A DNA stretch of 64,000 nucleotides from Bdellovibrionales bacterium (GTDB taxonomy: Bacteria > Bdellovibrionota > Bdellovibrionia > Bdellovibrionales > UBA1609): the NCBI GenBank assembly GCA_965200875.1, contig OZ241456.1, positions 96,001 to 160,000 on the forward strand, in the 5' to 3' direction. Position numbers and translations under genes: made by a program. This document shows positions 62,406 through 64,000 of the stretch, in pieces. The first letter of the stretch is position 1, and each line of letters begins with the position of its first letter. The notes beneath the pieces were generated by a model, which worked only from the letters and a program-made list of their open reading frames with translations, ran no database searches and was not told the DNA's origin.

Positions 62406-64000
62406 CTAGGAGTCTGGGCCGGCTTTGTTTTCCGGGGGCTGATTTTTTAATTCTTTTATCAGGCACGGGATAATTTCAAACAGATCTCCCACTAAACCAA
62501 AGTGACTTTTTTGAAAAATCGGGGCAGAAGGTTCTTTATTGATGGCTACAATGGTTTTAGAGGCACTCATTCCGGCAAGATGTTGAATGGCACCGGAGAT
62601 ACCACAGGCGATGTAAAGATCAGGGCTGACAGTTTTGCCAGTTTGCCCTATCTGCATGGAATGCGGGCACCAGCCGGCGTCTGTAACGGCCCTAGAAGCT
62701 CCTATAGCTGTTTTTGGTCCTAAAAGTCTGGCTAGCTCTTCTAAAAGTGTAAAATTTTCTGGCCCCTGCATGCCTCTTCCCCCTGAGACAATGATTTTGG
62801 CTTCCGTTAAGTCAGGGGCATTGATTTTTTGAGTGTGTTTTTTTTGGTGCAGGATATGGTTTTCCTTTTCTGGGAAATTCCAACTCATTTCTTGAAAAGA
62901 ATAATTGTTTTTTTCCGGGATATTGTCATTTTTTAGTCGGTGAGGTCTCATCAGCAAAATGGGAGGTTTGTCAGAGGAGGCCTTGAAACTTAAAGATGCC
63001 CGGCATTTTCCGGCATAAAGGCTTTTTTTCATAATCCATTTTGTTTCTGTTTTTTTTAAATCTAGGCAATCTGAAAGAAAAGGGCTTTCTAAACGAATGG
63101 AAATGCGGGGAAAAAGCTCTGTATTTTGTGGGGAAGAGGACGCTAAAATCAAATCCGGTTTTTGTGATTTTATAAAAAGGGATAAAAGCTCAGCCAGAAC
63201 CTCAGGGTTTGAACTTTTATCTCTTTGAAAAAAAACTTTTTCCGCGCCAGCTTTTAGGGCTTTCTTTGAAGAGGTTTTGTCAGCTCCTAGGCATAAGGCA
63301 TGAACTTTCCAGTTTTGTTGAATGGCAAAGGAGATAAGCTCTAGGCTGGAAGTCTTAGGTTGCTGATTTGAACAATTAATATAAACAAGAGCTTTTATCG
63401 TGGAAGGAGTTTTTTCTTTAAGAGAAGGGGTTTTAAATATTTTAGATCCTGGCAGGTTTTTTTTAAGAGAAGGGTTGGATTCCGTAAAGTTCAGGCCCAT
63501 TTGATTTAAGAGATGAATAAGGGTTTTAGCCTGCTCCTTTGCAGATCCGGAAATCATTTGAGGAACCGGAGGTGGCGGAGGAGGTTCGTAGGAATAAAAA
63601 TCTGCTGGTGCCAAGGGAAGATCTTTTAAAGAGGAAAGGGGTATTTGTTTTAAGGGCTTTTTTTTGGCTCGCATGATTCCCGGCAAAGTGGGATAGCGAG
63701 GGTTGTTAATGCCTTTTTCCAAAGTGACGAGGGCAGGGAGAAGTAAGGTGATCTCCTCTTTTGTTTCCGGTTCAATTTGTCTTTTGCAAAGCCATTTTTC
63801 TTCTTCCAGCTCTTTAAGTTCCGTGATAAATCCGGCCTGTGGAATACCAAGCCTTTCTGCCAGCATAGGGCCTGTGGCTGAATGATTTTCGTCAATACCG
63901 ATTTTGCCGGCAAGAATAAGATTTTTTTCCAATCCCTCTTCTTTTATAACCTGAGCTAGGGCATAAGAGGTAAAAAAAGGGTTTTTGCTATAGGTTTCCT
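62406..64000 (-). CDS. fused electron transfer flavoprotein beta-alpha (5' end beyond window)
   Basis: Frame stays open from 63932 to the window end; EtfB motifs (LAGKIGID, PRYPTLPGIMRAKKKPL) in frame with EtfA motifs (SGGRG, GASRAVTDAGW, QIGQTGK, GISGAIQHLAGM). Confidence 0.88.
   Translation of the reverse strand, partial: ETYSKNPFFTSYALAQVIKEEGLEKNLILAGKIGIDENHSATGPMLAERLGIPQAGFITELKELEEEKWLCKRQIEPETKEEITLLLPALVTLEKGINNPRYPTLPGIMRAKKKPLKQIPLSSLKDLPLAPADFYSYEPPPPPPVPQMISGSAKEQAKTLIHLLNQMGLNFTESNPSLKKNLPGSKIFKTPSLKEKTPSTIKALVYINCSNQQPKTSSLELISFAIQQNWKVHALCLGADKTSSKKALKAGAEKVFFQRDKSSNPEVLAELLSLFIKSQKPDLILASSSPQNTELFPRISIRLESPFLSDCLDLKKTETKWIMKKSLYAGKCRASLSFKASSDKPPILLMRPHRLKNDNIPEKNNYSFQEMSWNFPEKENHILHQKKHTQKINAPDLTEAKIIVSGGRGMQGPENFTLLEELARLLGPKTAIGASRAVTDAGWCPHSMQIGQTGKTVSPDLYIACGISGAIQHLAGMSASKTIVAINKEPSAPIFQKSHFGLVGDLFEIIPCLIKELKNQPPENKAGPDS

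Overview
AT-rich chromosomal window spanning the replication-origin region of a bacterium whose gene content and order point to Bdellovibrionota (Bdellovibrionales-like). The pointers are the split nuo and atp clusters, parA-parB-bactofilin-atp, TGTTCCACGTGGAACA-type parS sites and a stand-alone mreB; this is inference from gene order, and no search was run. Most of the window is housekeeping: mreB, lolA, comF, tatBC, hemW-grpE-dnaJ-lpoA-lon, nuoAHJKLMN, mfd, F1/b atp genes, parAB, rsmG-mnmG-mnmE-jag-yidC-yidD-rnpA-rpmH, dnaA-dnaN-recF-gyrB-gyrA, atpBE, a phosphohexomutase, pdxA, three SurA/PpiC-type foldases and an EtfB-EtfA fusion. Two accessory spots stand out. (1) At 13.1-15.6 kb a subtilisin (S8) protease appears split into two coupled genes, each with its own signal-peptide-like N-terminus. 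Asp/His lie in the first gene and the oxyanion Asn/catalytic Ser in the second. (2) At 35.0-39.5 kb, between mnmG and parA, there are four parS sites, an 80-bp CTAG-bounded MITE-like element, a low-GC C5-methyltransferase + PD-(D/E)XK restriction-modification pair and a coiled-coil/LRR lipoprotein. The same stretch holds an AT-rich oriC-like element with TTATCAACA boxes and DnaA-trio-like repeats, about 11 kb from a dnaA that carries a variant recognition helix (RNHST). I saw no rRNA, tRNA, CRISPR array, transposase or prophage.
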